In this document: one piece after another, positions 42,601 to 55,740 of the stretch
How positions within the stretch are numbered: position 1 is the first letter of the stretch
Layout of the letters: each line of letters starts with the position of its first letter
From: Tubulanus polymorphus
Lineage: Eukaryota > Animalia > Nemertea
Length of the DNA: 60,000 bases
Assembly (NCBI RefSeq): GCF_964204645.1
Contig: NW_027437476.1
Location: 1-60,000 of the forward strand
Reading direction: 5' to 3'
The notes under the pieces: generated by a model
The model's input: only the letters and a program-made list of their open reading frames with translations
What the model was told of the DNA's origin: nothing
Database searches by the model: none
Position numbers and translations under genes: made by a program

Positions 42601-45600
42601 CGAAAAAACGTTTTTTCCTCGTGAAAAAAATTTAAATCATATATTGATATAATGTATATACTCGAATTTATTTCAAATCTTAGAGATTTCTCCCATAAAT
42701 TTGATAATTTACAAACGATTTTATTCATTTATAACAAAGATTGTTGTATATCATGGAGAAAATAAGCAGTTATCTTGATCACTGTGTTGCGGGGCGTGGG
42801 TGGCATCCTGTATACGCAACTAAATTGACCTTTTGAAATCTAGATCTTTAATTACATCGCAATATGATAACAAGTTTATCTCATTTGATAGCTTTTACTC
42901 CAATCAGGGACTAGCGAGTGCAAGGAGAACATTATTTGTAGATCCATTGTGGAAGATTCCGGCGTCGATCTCCGTAATTATGTAACAACTCATGATTCGG
43001 TGGAATGTCATATTTCGCGTAAACTTCCAATGTGTTATTGCCATCGTTTTTTATAATACAGTTAGCGTTTAACTTAGAATGGTTCAAATATGCACCTGGA
43101 TTATCCTCTATGGCCAAAAGTGTTCCATTTTTATCTCGACTACCATCGAGCCAGAGATTATTGCCCATATCATACATTGTTACGATCTCTCCGTTGCGTT
43201 GGTAGACTTTTTCGCGTTCTATTCCCTCTTTTTTACTTATTATCATACCCTTGTATTCGCAAATGAATTCACCGGCTTTGATAAATCGCGAAGAAATCGC
43301 CCCGTGCCCCTTTTCCTTGCATATAAATTTGTATTCCAACTTAACATCCTGTCTTTTTTCACCAACGTCGTCATTTTTTATATCTGCGGACCTATGTCTT
43401 GTCACCTTCGTAGTTTGAACCATATAACCGCGTTGTTTGTGCGAACAATATTTCCAGCCACGGATACCTGCCTCAGTTGACAATTGCTGAAGTAAAAGAT
43501 GAAAGTGATAGCTATTTTATAATCTATGAAAAATTATAATCTAGATAATGATTTTGATAACTTCGATTCAATTATAACATACCCTACTGAATCTTTGAAA
43601 TCCTTTCCCGATATCAATCAACTTTGGTTCACATGTTTTGATCTTAAGCCATGCTACGAACTCCATATGAAGTTCACGAGTACTCGTGATATTTTCATCG
43701 CTTTTTATTTGTTCATCACAAAATTCCTTCAAGAAGGGAATACTTGCTTTGACGTCGTTCGGAAAAGTTGAGCCTCCGTGGTGATGTCTTGCTCGTGGCA
43801 TTTTCTCCTCATTAAAATGCCGACAATGACGTACGGTAACCTGTCTGCGCGTGGGCGTGTTTTGTGTGTATAATAGCTAGTGCGGTACACTATTCGACGG
43901 GGTTGATTGATGCGTACACATTGGAATGATTTGTCCAATTCAAGCGTACACGTTGATTCACATTGATTGCGCAAATACTTTTGATAGAATGTATGTATAT
44001 ATAGTAATAATCCCCTGGTAAATATCCCCCCCCCCCCGGTAAAAATCCCTCTCAACGGGTAAAAACCCATTTCAGTTTTCTATCATATTTAAGTATAAGT
44101 CCTAAATGAAAATAGATTATACTTTTTAACAATAATATTCAGGAATATATATGTAAACCGCCTATCCCAAAGAGGAATATCGGTAGCCAATCTTTTAGCT
44201 TTATCTCACCAACACTATAATCTTACCAATATATATTCGGGTGAGCGAGTCGATTCAAATAAGAAAAAATAAAAAAAGGAAGACTTAAAACATATTTTTG
44301 ATGAAATTTAAAACTGGAAATGATTTAGCTAAAGGGAATATTGTATTTCAAACTGTTATGTTGAACATTTTTTCGTGAAGCGCTCTGAGACATTATGAGA
44401 TTTAGCGCTAAACAATAATAAATTTTGATAATGTGATTTTTATGCACATACGTAGCTTAGTAAAAGTCACAGATTATCCAAGGTGAATATTGTGAAAAAC
44501 ACCACGGCAAATTTAAATTTTTTTATCAAACTATCTAAGTTTTTCAACATAAGAATATCGAAGTATCTTATTGTATTTTGCTGTGAAATCCAATTATTAG
44601 GGGATTTTTACCGGGGGTTATTTATCGGGGGGGGGGGGGTTGACCTGTTACCGTTTTGATAAGCACGATCCACACAAAAATATATACTATATGTCGGTAC
44701 TGATTAAGACGCAGGGGTGGATCCAGAGGGGGTTCGCGGATCCGAACTTTAGACCAAGTGCCCTTTCGAAAATCACATGTGGATAATTCCACACGACATT
44801 GATCTATGACGAAAGTCCACACCGGCCATAGGCCTATATTTGATACATTTTTAAAATATCTTTTCTACTGGACTGTGAAAAAAGAAGGGATCAAGCATTG
44901 GTTCTTTTCTTTGTTATTCAGTTAGGTTAAAATGTACATAGTTCGCTAGTTTGAACCGAGAGGTGGTGTAAAATATATATGATCGAATATCAATTTCGGG
45001 GATTTCGATTAAAACTAGAACACCAAGTAACTGATGCATAATGGCATAATATTTTTCTGTGAAACAACTAACAAGAAATCTGGATAGATTTACAGAATGT
45101 CATGAAATGCCCAATCAAGAAACAATATAGGATCTCGGCGCATTCGCTTGTCGCCTGGTTTTTTTTCATGGGTGTCATACAGCTTCTTGGAACTAATTTT
45201 CTTGTTTAGAATATCTGTAATAGGCTACTCCTCTACAAACCAAAATAAAACCTCTATAAATCAAAACTCGTAAACAAACAGCTCACGGGACTAGATAAAA
45301 CATCTCATTTCACGATAAAAACTTTTACTAATGGTAATGTCACCTCTTATCGTCTAGTTCTTTTCCTTGTAGATTATTCTAAGATCGAATGAAGTCAAAT
45401 GTTTAGCGCTGAATGACTTCAGGTTCCGAACTTCTAGTGGTACTTTCACGCCACAAGCATCGGAGTCGCGGACGATCTTCAGTCGAGAATTTAAACAAAA
45501 CTTCTCGGTCCAATCAAGATATGTTGTTGATGAGACGGATAATGGTAAGTATAGCGTCTTAAATCTAAATTTGTTTTCATTTCTTTCTATCCACTAAGCA

Positions 45601-48600
45601 GGCGCAGATCCAGGATTTTTCCCAGGAGGGGAAAAATGTTAATGTTAAACTGCCGACTAAAATCTCTAATCATAGGGGCCTATTCGGCATATTGTTTGGC
45701 CAAACATAAGATGATATGGTACCATCGGAGCCATCGGATATTTTAAGCTGGTTATAGGTTTTTATGATAGGTGGGTCGTTTAGGTCGCCCTTAGTCATCA
45801 TTGGCGAATGCGCGACTCATTTGAGCTACTAAACTACTATTAGCAGCGACCGTCAGCGAGACCCCGATATGTTGTCAGTTGCATCTATGGGTAATCAGAC
45901 TGAATTACTCCAAGGTTGCATTGGCCCGAGCATGTTTACAACACTAGCCGCGATCACACAAGTGTTTTTGGGCCGGGCCACCCGAGCCAAATTCTAGCAC
46001 GAGACAAATGATTGCGTTTGAATTGCAACTGGTACCGGAAAAAACCCCACTTCGCTTTGTTCGAGCATTGTTTTAGTATCGATTGAATGGTTTGCGTGTG
46101 AACGCACTCTCTAATTAGGCACGGGCCAAATCGTCTCCGAGTGATCGCGGCTAATGTCAGCGACGAAAAATACCAGTGGCGAGTTGCGCACTAATGAGCA
46201 TGGCGTCTGAACGACATCACTCGTTGCTGAATGCACGGGGTTTTTGTCGACCGAGCGCTTCTGCGTCGCGATCGCTCCAAGGCTGACCTACCCCGGGTAT
46301 ATGACCTATATGACCTCTAAATAGAATAGGTTTAAATGCAACATTGCAACAAGCGTTTCAATGCTTGAAACAATAAATTTTCAATATCAAAATCACTTAT
46401 AAATAATTAGTGTGGATGTCAAATAAAAAACTGAATATTTTTGACGCTTATGCTTCGTTGTATGAATACGCAGAATTCCTTTTTCTAGGCATCGCTCCCT
46501 CACTAACTGAAGAACAGCCCGAGTCATCTGTTTATGGTAAATTATATTCCATTAATATCGACCCAAGCAGAAGCACAGTTTTATCTGCACTTAACACGAA
46601 AATGTCTTAATGTTTTAGATTTTGGACACGATATTCCAGAACATTTTACAAGTAAGTAGAGTATGATGGATGCTTTAGAAGCTTCATTAATGCAATCCCT
46701 TTAGCATTCAAACATACCATATTCAACAATTAAGATTAATCAATCCATAACGATTAAATTTTAAAATATTTCCTTTATAATTCCTCAATTTTTAATTTCC
46801 GTTATAGGTCAATCAGTTGAATCAGCGAATGAAACGAGTGAAAGTGAGTACCGGTAATTGTAAAATGAAAGCAGAATAATGACGCCTAATATGTTTTATA
46901 TGTAATGGGTTTATCAAATTACTTGAATTATCATATGAATAACATGTTTCCTGCCCACAGGTCAAGAAATCGAACCTCAGACATCGCGTGAGTTACTAGC
47001 AAGTACGTTATATTTAAAATTATTTTTGAATTGAAAAATAATCCATATGCCATCTAAAAGATTACCTGAAACCACCTTCAAAATAAATAGATAGTATATG
47101 TAGGAATATCAAATGAGCATGATTTATCTAATATCACCTGAAACATTGTAGGAACGCGTTTGCTGAAAGATGATACTATGAAATTCTTCATAGGTGAGCT
47201 TAAAAGTTATCCTGAAAAACGAGATCTCTAGATTCCCCTTTGTACGATGGTTGGGTAATTGAAATCCCTCCCGGTTGTGCAAACTGCTCTTGAGACAATA
47301 ACGTCAATTTCTATGTGTCTTAATTCGAGCTAATTTTAATGATCATTTACGAAAAATAACATCTTGTGATATTTCGAAAGACGAATAACTCGCGCCGATA
47401 AACCTCATTAAGAAATTTTATCTGACCAACTGTAGGAACTCAGCCAGTACCTGCGTCAAAAATTCGACAGACAGAATGGTGCCGTTCAGTGCGGGAATTG
47501 AACGGCGATCATGTTTCTTATCTCGAAAAACAGTTTCTCGAGAATCCCGCATTCTATACAATAATGTTGGTGCGGCAGGATGGAGCGGGAGAATTCGAGG
47601 TTATCGGAGGAAATCACACTCTGGCGGCGCTAAACAGAGTTCTATTAAAAGAAGGTAAGATGATTTCTGATCCCTGTCGTGATGACGTAAAAATTGAATT
47701 ATTGCAACCAAGTCCCATTTATTCTTTTCAGATCTAGGAGATAAACGAAAGGTTTATGAGACGCCGATATGCAGCGTATACTCCGCCCAGATGCCGGATG
47801 ATTTAGCGAGATTTCTGGCTGCCGACCATAATCTGGCACACTCCCGGATACTTGACACTAAGTATACCGACTTGGTTCGGTCAGCCAGAATCGTTCTCCT
47901 TCAACTCGAAGGAAAATCTGACTTCGGGGAAGAAATCGCGGCTCGAAAAGAGATAATTCAGAGATGGAAAGCTTCTCTAGAAGTTATGTTTGGTCTCAAT
48001 GTAAGTTTTCAAATACTTGTATTAGAATAAAACACTCTAATCCGTCTAAACTATAGAGATAAGTGGAGAAGTTCCCCAATAGAGTAGTATGATAGGTTTA
48101 GTATATTGCATTAATGTGACTTGTATAGTTTGGACGATTTAAAATGGTTCTTATAAACAGGTATCAGTTAAAATGATCCTTCCAATCTAAATTTGCTTTA
48201 TCTATCAGAGCCGAGAAATGTGGGGTCTTAAGTTTAGTAAAGTATATATAGGTGTCACTAAACCTAAGAACCCCTAAACCCAACACCTAAGAGTAAGGGG
48301 GTCTTATTACAACGAATCCACAACGTTTCGGCTTTTGACTAACAGCCATAATCAGATGGAATGAGATTATCATCCACCTGACTATGGCTGTTAGTCAAAA
48401 GCCGAAACGGTGTGATCTCGTTGTAATAATTGCCATCGTGAATCTAGAATTCTATTATGTGTGACTTCTTTGATTATTTCAAATACTTGAGAATAATGGT
48501 ACGTAAGTGAAACTAAAAGAGTCAAGTCGTTGTGATTTGTGGTTTGAACCGTCGATATAGCACTCGGCAGTGTTGCTTTTGGCAGATCGTTTCCCGCTAA

Positions 48601-51600
48601 TGGAACTGTATTTTTTGGAATGAAACGAAACACTACAGAGTTTTTGCACAACGTTATTTAGACCGGTCTAAATTTGATCCGGTCCAATTTAGACCCGACC
48701 AAGCGTTCACACCGGCAAAAATTCCGTTCCAAATTGGCCCGGTCCATTTTAGACCGATCTAATTTTGACCACAAAGAGTGAACCAGGTCCGGTCCAAATT
48801 TTGGTACGGATTAAATCTCTAGCCGCGTTCACACGACAACTAGTTAGACCGGTCTAAATGAGTCAGTACCTGGGGCCAGTTGCATAGTCGTGGCTTAGAC
48901 TTAAGACCAGTCTAAGACCAACTTAGTTCTATAGCCAATCTAACAAATTAAGATCAGTCTTAAGATTTAAGACCACTTTTAGACTTAAGTCACGACTGTG
49001 CAACTGGGCCCTGGTCCGGTCCAAATTTAGACCGGACCAAATTTTGGTTAGCGTTCACACGGCGTTTTGACACGCGTTGATAAAATCGCTTGTCTCTGGG
49101 CCCACAATATGTTGCCATCTGCTAGATAATTAACTGGGCCTGGATGAAGTCTTACTTCCAGATTCCAAGTAGAGCAAGACATTCTTCATTTGACGAATTC
49201 GATTCTCTCTCAGTTTTAGACATTTTTGATTCAGACGCACTCATTTGTCCTGGACACAAATTTGGTCCGCCCAAGTCCGATGTTTTTGGTCGGGCCAAGT
49301 TTGACCCTCAAGCAGACACACGCCAAAAAGGGTACCCGTCTAAACAGTTTTCCCGGGCCAATTTGGCCGGTGTAAAAATGCCAAAAATGCTCGTGTGATC
49401 GCGGCCATAAACTGGTATCACACTCAAACCAATATTTTCTTTTAGCGCAAGCAACTCAACGATCGGTACCGTATCGTCATTAAAGCAGCACAAATGCCCA
49501 CGTGTGCATGGCTGCTATGGGAAAAAATGATCGAAGGATGGTCGAAGGGGCATATCAAAGGCCAAAAATATGAAACAATCGACAGGAATGGCGAAAAAAG
49601 GAAAACATTGGTACCTTTTGGGTCAAGGAAGGTCAAATCTTTGGTATCATTACCTGTACCGGATATGATGGCTATCATGAAGGATATTACCAACGGAAAA
49701 ATCGACCAAAAAGACATTATTCCATTATGCAGTAGTAGAGCCAGGTTAGTTTGCTATTTATCTGTTATATATATAATGTCTATAAATCATATTTTAATTT
49801 ATTTATTCATTCCATTTACAGGGTTACTAAGACTACAGCTGCTAAGACTAGGGAAGTAAGTATAACAATTTAGTAGCTTCTCATTTAAAAATTAACCAAA
49901 CATGTCTGATATGGATTCTCATACTGATATATTTCATTTGTTTACAGCCTGCCGTAGAACGAGAGAAGAATGAACAAGCTGAAAATGAGGTACAGACACT
50001 TACAGCTCATATAGCTCTTTTTTCGTATATGTCACATTTCTTACAAATGATGAATATGTTTCATGAGTTATTATCAAGAGGGAGATTTTGTTTCAGCAAA
50101 ACAGAGCAAATTTAGATCGACGAGTCACCGGAGAGGTAATTTATGATTGTAAAAATATTATCACTTCATAAGAACTTAAAGCATGGACGATTAGTACAGA
50201 AGGAGTGGATTCAGTTGGGTTCTAGGAGCCCTCCCCCTCCCCGATTTTTGCCCAAAAGAAGATTATTGTATATTAGTGGTTTGTCTTAGGGCCTTAGGTT
50301 TATCTGAGGCCCACTTAACTTAAGTTATGTTTGAGGATGATAAACCTTTGACTGTGAACAGTACGTAATCTCTCAGTTAACTCATTTTGATTGATAGTCA
50401 TCAGTGTTCAATCAACATTCTTTTATTGGAAGTCATGATCAAAGGAATTTTCTCATTTCTATTCGGTTTCAGTTGGAAGTTGACCAGTCATCATTTGCAG
50501 AAGATATGGATATGGAAGACGACCCTAGTGTCTTCATAGTAAGTATATGACTATTGCACGGGCACGTTGAGCATTTTTGAGGTTTATTTCTTTGTCAGTC
50601 ATCGGCTGCCTAGGCGCATTTTCATTAAGATTTTCTGAGAAAAAATTTAGTGCATTATTTCTCAGCACGTATAAGATGGGCTGGCTGGCTGGTGAATCAA
50701 GGCACACGCGTCCTCTATGTATTGAGATGCCTTTTTGCTCTGGTTGCGTGGGTGATAAAAACTTAATTTATAAGAGTAAAATCAGAATTCATTAATATAC
50801 TTTTTTCTTTTCAGGAAAAAGAACACGCATCAATCAGCCAAGAGGTATGGAATATGTCATTTACGTAGATATTGTTGTTACAATTTTTCATTGCTTGTCT
50901 AAAAGCTTACACCCATTCTATGCGACCAACTAAGTTTTTTTTCAAAATCAACATCGATTGTTACAATTACTGATATTGTAGGTCAATGAATTGTTGACCT
51001 CTATATGTTATCTACTTCTACTAGCTTCAGAGTACCTTTATTGATGGCAATAAACGAAGACGTCCGCGCCACGATTTAGAGGTTAGTTATCATTCAAAAA
51101 AGTTTAAAATGGGAAGCGTCCTAGGAACATTGAAAACATTTTTTTAAAAATCCTATTTTCGAAAAATATCCAACGTCTGAATTAAACAAAAATAGAATTT
51201 TTGAATAAAATACCCAGGGCCTGGTGTTATAGACTGGTATTAACTTTTAACCGAGAGGTTAACTCAATTGAAAATGAATTGAGTTAGCTCTGGGTAAAAG
51301 ATAAATACAATTCTATAAAGCCGGCCCCAGGATTTTTTAATCAAACAATGATATTTTCCAGGACGCTTCCGTAAGGGTTAAACGTATTTACATTATATTG
51401 TATAATCACTTGTGTTTTTTGCACTTGTAACTCATTAATGTTGATAAACCAATGATTACACGGATACGTGTTAGAACAGTTCTTTTTATATATCCAATCA
51501 ACCATTAGTCATGTTATATGTAACTCAAGTGCATATTTCTTTAGATATCCCATGTTCTACCTACGAAGAGTTTACGCTTACAGGCAAGTAAATCTTAGTA

Positions 51601-54600
51601 TTTTTGTTTATAAAAGAAAAAACTGTATTTGCCGTCGCTTTCCCTCTCAGTGAATTATACAGTTCATAACGACCCTACCACTACTTGAGAACGAAATCGG
51701 TTTCAGCTATGTCTCGCTTTCTACGTTCAATGGTAACTGCTGTGTATTTTATAGGTGAATCAAATCAATGCGACAAGCCAGACCGAACCTAGTAATGAGG
51801 TATATATCGATAATGTAACCCTCAAGTTGTTTCAAAGGACATCGGGTGCCACAACAACAGTCAGTTTTGGTAGTATGTACTTGACATGTGTCAAAATGAT
51901 CAGCATGCTAAACCAGAGAAATAAAATATCGATTCTCAATCCATCCTGTACTGCATGGCCCGATTTTATAGACTGGTATTAACTTTAACCCGGGGGTTAA
52001 CTCAATTGAAATTGAATTGAGTTAGCCCCCGAGTGAAAGTTAATACCTGTCTATGAAACTGGCCCCAGGAGTTGAAGAATTGCATAAAATTCTTTTCACA
52101 AGGTGAATCAGAGAAAAAGTCACTCCAGCCGTAAATCAAGTTTAACCCATATATACCTATAGGGACATTGTTAAACATAAGAAAACAATTAGGTTTTTCT
52201 TCATTTAACAAAATTGGAACTGCGCATCTGTGCTGGTCATTTTAACACCTTTATCAGGTGAACTAATCGAGTTATGGCACCCCGGCTTCCTTTCAAACGT
52301 CAAGTCGAAATTTATACTAATGGCAACTTGCATCGAATTTTACAGGTTGTTACACAACAGCTCGTTACAGAGCTGAGGGAAAAGCTTGCCACCACTGAGA
52401 GAAGGCTTAAAGATATTGAGGTAAGGTTTGCGTACTTGATAACAATGAAAATCATCTAAAACATGTATATACAGTAAAACCTGCGATCATACGGAGACGA
52501 TTTGGCCGTGCTAAAATTTGACTCGGGCCTGCTCCGACGTTTTTGGTCGGGTTAAATTTGTCCCGGGTCTAACTAGCGCGCGCCTATTTGTCACCCCTGC
52601 GAACGGTAATTGTAGGCCTAATTTGGCACCCGTGTGATATAATTGTACTTAATATAACTTTTTTTTAAATTTTGTTTTAAGATTGAAAAACAGTTCTCCA
52701 CTAACATGATACAAGGCTTAGAAGAAGAATTGTTGGAAGTAAAGGTCAGTGTCACCAAATCTTACTACAAATTTGCCAAACTACCGGGTACAAAAAGTAT
52801 CCCATTTCATGGTCCTGTACTAACCATGTCCTGATCTGGAATCTATGTATATTTTTGATAGAACTGTAAGGACTACCGCACTCCTTTTTCTGAAAATCAT
52901 ATCTTCATGGTTTTGTCGGCTCATCACCAAAGTGTGCGCTTTCAATATTGGCCGACGACTTTTTTGTACGATATCTTAAACATCGCGCGGCTGTGCGCCG
53001 CAGTAATCAGCAGTGGTTCGTGGACTAACGTCGACATAGGCCTAACTAACGGCTTCATTGTTTTTTTTTTTTATTTATAGAAGTCTAATAAGGAAAAAAA
53101 CGAAAAGATTCATCTCTATGAACAGGTATGCCAATTTGATTTTTTTTTTTCTTGGAAAAAAGTATTTAGTATGCTCTAACATGGGATGCTTCAACGGTAA
53201 AAAGCGATAATTATAACAGCTGTGCCCTTCAGTTACACTTCTATGGTTCCTGGGACCTTGGAGTAATCAGACTGGTGAAATCAGAGAGTACGTTCACACA
53301 CGTGATAGTGAATTGACTACAGACCACTGGCCCCCGTAATCTATTAATGACTGCAGTTCATCATTGTCACCCGCACCTACACTCTAAACATCAAGTAGCT
53401 GTAATGAGTGTGATGGATTACAGAAATATTTATGATTCAAAAGTGTAAATTTGAAGGATTTTTAAATCTTATTACTTCAAGGTTTATCTAATCAAAAGTA
53501 CGCTTAGTTAAAAACGGTGCTGATGAAGACACGATAGGGGCGATATGCTAAATTCACGTCAGTGTGAACTCCTAGCTACACACTGATATTCATTTCATCT
53601 ACCCAAAGTTATCCCTGTAGTAATTATCTTATCCAAAGTACGCTTAGTAAGTTAAACTCAGATGAACCAGCCCCAGATTTTATGTATTGAATTTGAAAAT
53701 GCAGTGGAAAATAATTTACCGTGATGGCTTTCTGTATTTAATGTTCTAATATTCATACAGTGTGCTTACATGTATTTCTAGGAATTGAAAAGGATTCGGC
53801 ATCAAAATCCACAAGATGTAAATTGTAAAGGTAGATCATTTTACTTTATTGAAGGCCCACTAAACTGTCACTTAACCGATTTGGATCCTTCTTTTCGTCA
53901 AACATACATGTATTACTGTGTTATATTCATTTCTGTAATCAAAATGTGTTTAGATCATCCTCTTTTGAGAAATATAGCTTTAGAATTTATCTCTTCAAAA
54001 TCTATAAAATCCCTGCATAACATAAAGGGGGAACTAGCTTAGTTCAAATTCAGATTCAGATTACACATAAACAAAATGTAGGCTAATTCAAAGTACAAAT
54101 ATTGACAACTTAAATACCCGTAATTATCATCATTATTGTTACTGTTACTCATTTCAAGTGCTGAAGTCACTTTGAGCGGTCTTGGTCAAGTGCCAGTATC
54201 CACTGCAATTAAGTGATCACTTGACACATGGCTAGTGGGGTAAAATATTATTGAGCAGCTGCCCTTGAAAATAGGTGGATCTTAAGAGTATTATGAGTTT
54301 TCAACGTGTGTCAGGTTTAACCGTGTTGGGCCTACAGTACTGTTGTGATCGCCAACCATTATCGCTGTGAATATTATAAATAGGCTAACAGTAGCTAGAG
54401 GGAAGGCCTAAGTGGCATATGTGGCTGTAGAAATGCGTTACTGATATATATATATATATTTTTATTGTGCAGTTTGGATATATTATGATATAATTTCGTA
54501 ACATAATTTGATGATGCATTACTAAGTTGATTACTACTGATACATGGAATAGAGGGGCTGGGGGTAACAATACCAATTTGGGGCGAATTTGATCTAGATT

Positions 54601-55727
54601 CTGTTTAGGATACCTGCGCTTTATAAATGACATTATAATTATTGTTATTATTATTACTATTATCATTATTATAAGTTCATAGATATATACTGCAGTATTT
54701 GACAGATAATATGCCTGTTATACTGCTCCTCAGCCCAAGTTACTAACACAAACAATAGACAGACGATCATCATGATGATCTATCTAAAAAAATTAGTTGT
54801 GACTCCATTTTACGTGTTCAAGCTCAAATTCATGTGAAATATAAATTTTTCGTGAAAGATTAAACATACCCCAGCATAGCTCTTATTGGTAAAAATGAAA
54901 TGATCCTTTATAATTTACACAATTTACCGAAAAACTATGGGGCTAACATTAAAATGCATATGGTTTGAAATTGATATTTTCCAGCGAAAACGGCAGACAT
55001 ATCGCTGATTTCCCCAAATTTTAGTGATGAACTGCCATTAGTTGACATTCCCATGCAGACGAAGCAAACGGTAGGTTTTATAATACAGCCCCGGAAAAAT
55101 CCCAAGTTCTGTTATTTTGTGTTAAAGAATATTTTTGGACTACATTTTTCCATCACTAAATAGAATGTTCCCACCATCATGCAGGGACTTAGTCTTCATT
55201 TATGAAATTCACGCATCTTAATTGAAATACTGAATAACATAATAACTTGCTAGTTCTCGGAAACTATAAATAGCTGCAATACGCATGCGTTCGACATGCA
55301 CATATAAAAATATGCTGCTACTGCACTCTGGGTTTTGAAGGGTTTATGGGAATTAGCTATGTATATATCATTAAGATTTAGATTTATTGGATTATTTATT
55401 AGATTTATTATTCTCTTTTAGTTCGATGAAGGCGACGTCCTCCTTGTCGACTGGACAAGATTTGGAATCTATTTGGCAGCAGTTGATTCCACAAAAAATC
55501 TCATTTCCTGCCAAAAGCATATATGCAAAAGACCGTCGCATAACTTCAGTGACGCCTTAGAAACAAGAGTCCTCAACAAAGAGGACGTGCAAAGTATGAA
55601 GTCGGTCGACCTGAAGATGGTCATTTGCAAGGTGCCGAATGCCAGGCGAGAGGACGACGCAATAGTTGGTGTAGATTACATTTGGGTACACGCCATGGTT
55701 AAAAAATACACCTCCCAACATTCTTAA
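39624..55727 (+). CDS. Multi-exon protein: ParB/Srx-like domain, acidic micro-exons, coiled coil, C-terminal Tudor/PWWP-like barrel
   Basis: Exon 47436-47654: VRELNGDHVSYLEKQFLENP...EFEVIGGNHTLAALNRV. Exon 47732-48000: CSVYSAQMPDDLARFLAADHN. Exon 49446-49744 is in frame. Coiled-coil exons at 52.3-53.8 kb (LVTELREKLATTERRLKDIE). Last exon 55422-55727: FDEGDVLLVDWTRFGIYLAAV. Putative first exon 39624-39770 (ATG...|GTAAGT, phase 0) fits the phase-0 acceptor at 45373; the 5' end is less certain. Confidence 0.7.
40650..40691 (+). ncRNA. Minimal type I hammerhead ribozyme (Penelope-type)
   Basis: CCAU-CUGAUGA-U-GGCUGUU aauc AACAGCC-GAAA-CG-UU-GUGG: intact core, stem II, CCAU/GUGG stem I, followed by AATAAA. 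Confidence 0.75.
40867..42297. mobile_element. Kolobok-like non-autonomous element (1.43 kb)
   Basis: TIR AGGGTAACTGACACTTTTTT at both ends; flanks TTAC / TTAA; second copy at 23472. Confidence 0.8.
42932..43801 (-). CDS. Two-exon 257 aa protein: winged-helix-like N-terminus + SET8/KMT5A-like SET methyltransferase domain
   Basis: Exon 43801-43583 (AGG|GTATGT) joins 43486-42932 (ttacttcag|CAA) in phase 0. SET motifs KGHG, GEFICEYKG, YLNHSK.NANC, DIPPNHELLHNYGDR..LPQW. No Cys-rich pre/post-SET region, as in SET8. Confidence 0.88.
44010..44655. mobile_element. MITE-like repeat with poly-C/poly-G subterminal motifs
   Basis: ggtaaaaatccc motifs inverted at both ends; ~44430-44655 is homologous to ~36060-36325. 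Confidence 0.5.
48318..48414. ncRNA. Back-to-back pair of degenerate hammerhead motifs (inverted repeat)
   Basis: Minus strand: CCAU-CUGAUUA-UGGCUGUUAGUCAAAAGCC-GAAACGUUGUGG. Plus strand: CCAC-CUGACUA-UGGCUGUUAGUCAAAAGCC-GAAACGG. Both deviate from the CUGANGA core. Confidence 0.6.
48655..49075. mobile_element. gcgttcacac/accggtctaaa repeat-rich MITE containing a nested Harbinger-like MITE (48873-49010)
   Basis: The inner element has GG(G/C)CCAGTTGCA TIRs and a CTG duplication. The outer motif also occurs at ~38100. Confidence 0.6.
51218..52065. mobile_element. Two ~110 bp copies of a Harbinger-like MITE (51218-51327 and 51957-52065)
   Basis: Shared ttatagactggtattaactttaacc...gttaactcaattg core, GGCC-like ends, CAG duplication around the first copy. 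Confidence 0.65.
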
Positions 55728-55740
55728 TAATTATTTTTCT

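Noticed and set aside
42932-43801. Host KMT5A/SETD8 orthologue
   Set aside because: Too divergent (AYLNHS, LLHNYG), with a different N-terminus and a location inside the TIR element; no gene symbol assigned.
45745-46320. Possible additional MITE
   Set aside because: Only weak, degenerate inverted ends and no TSD; boundaries cannot be supported.
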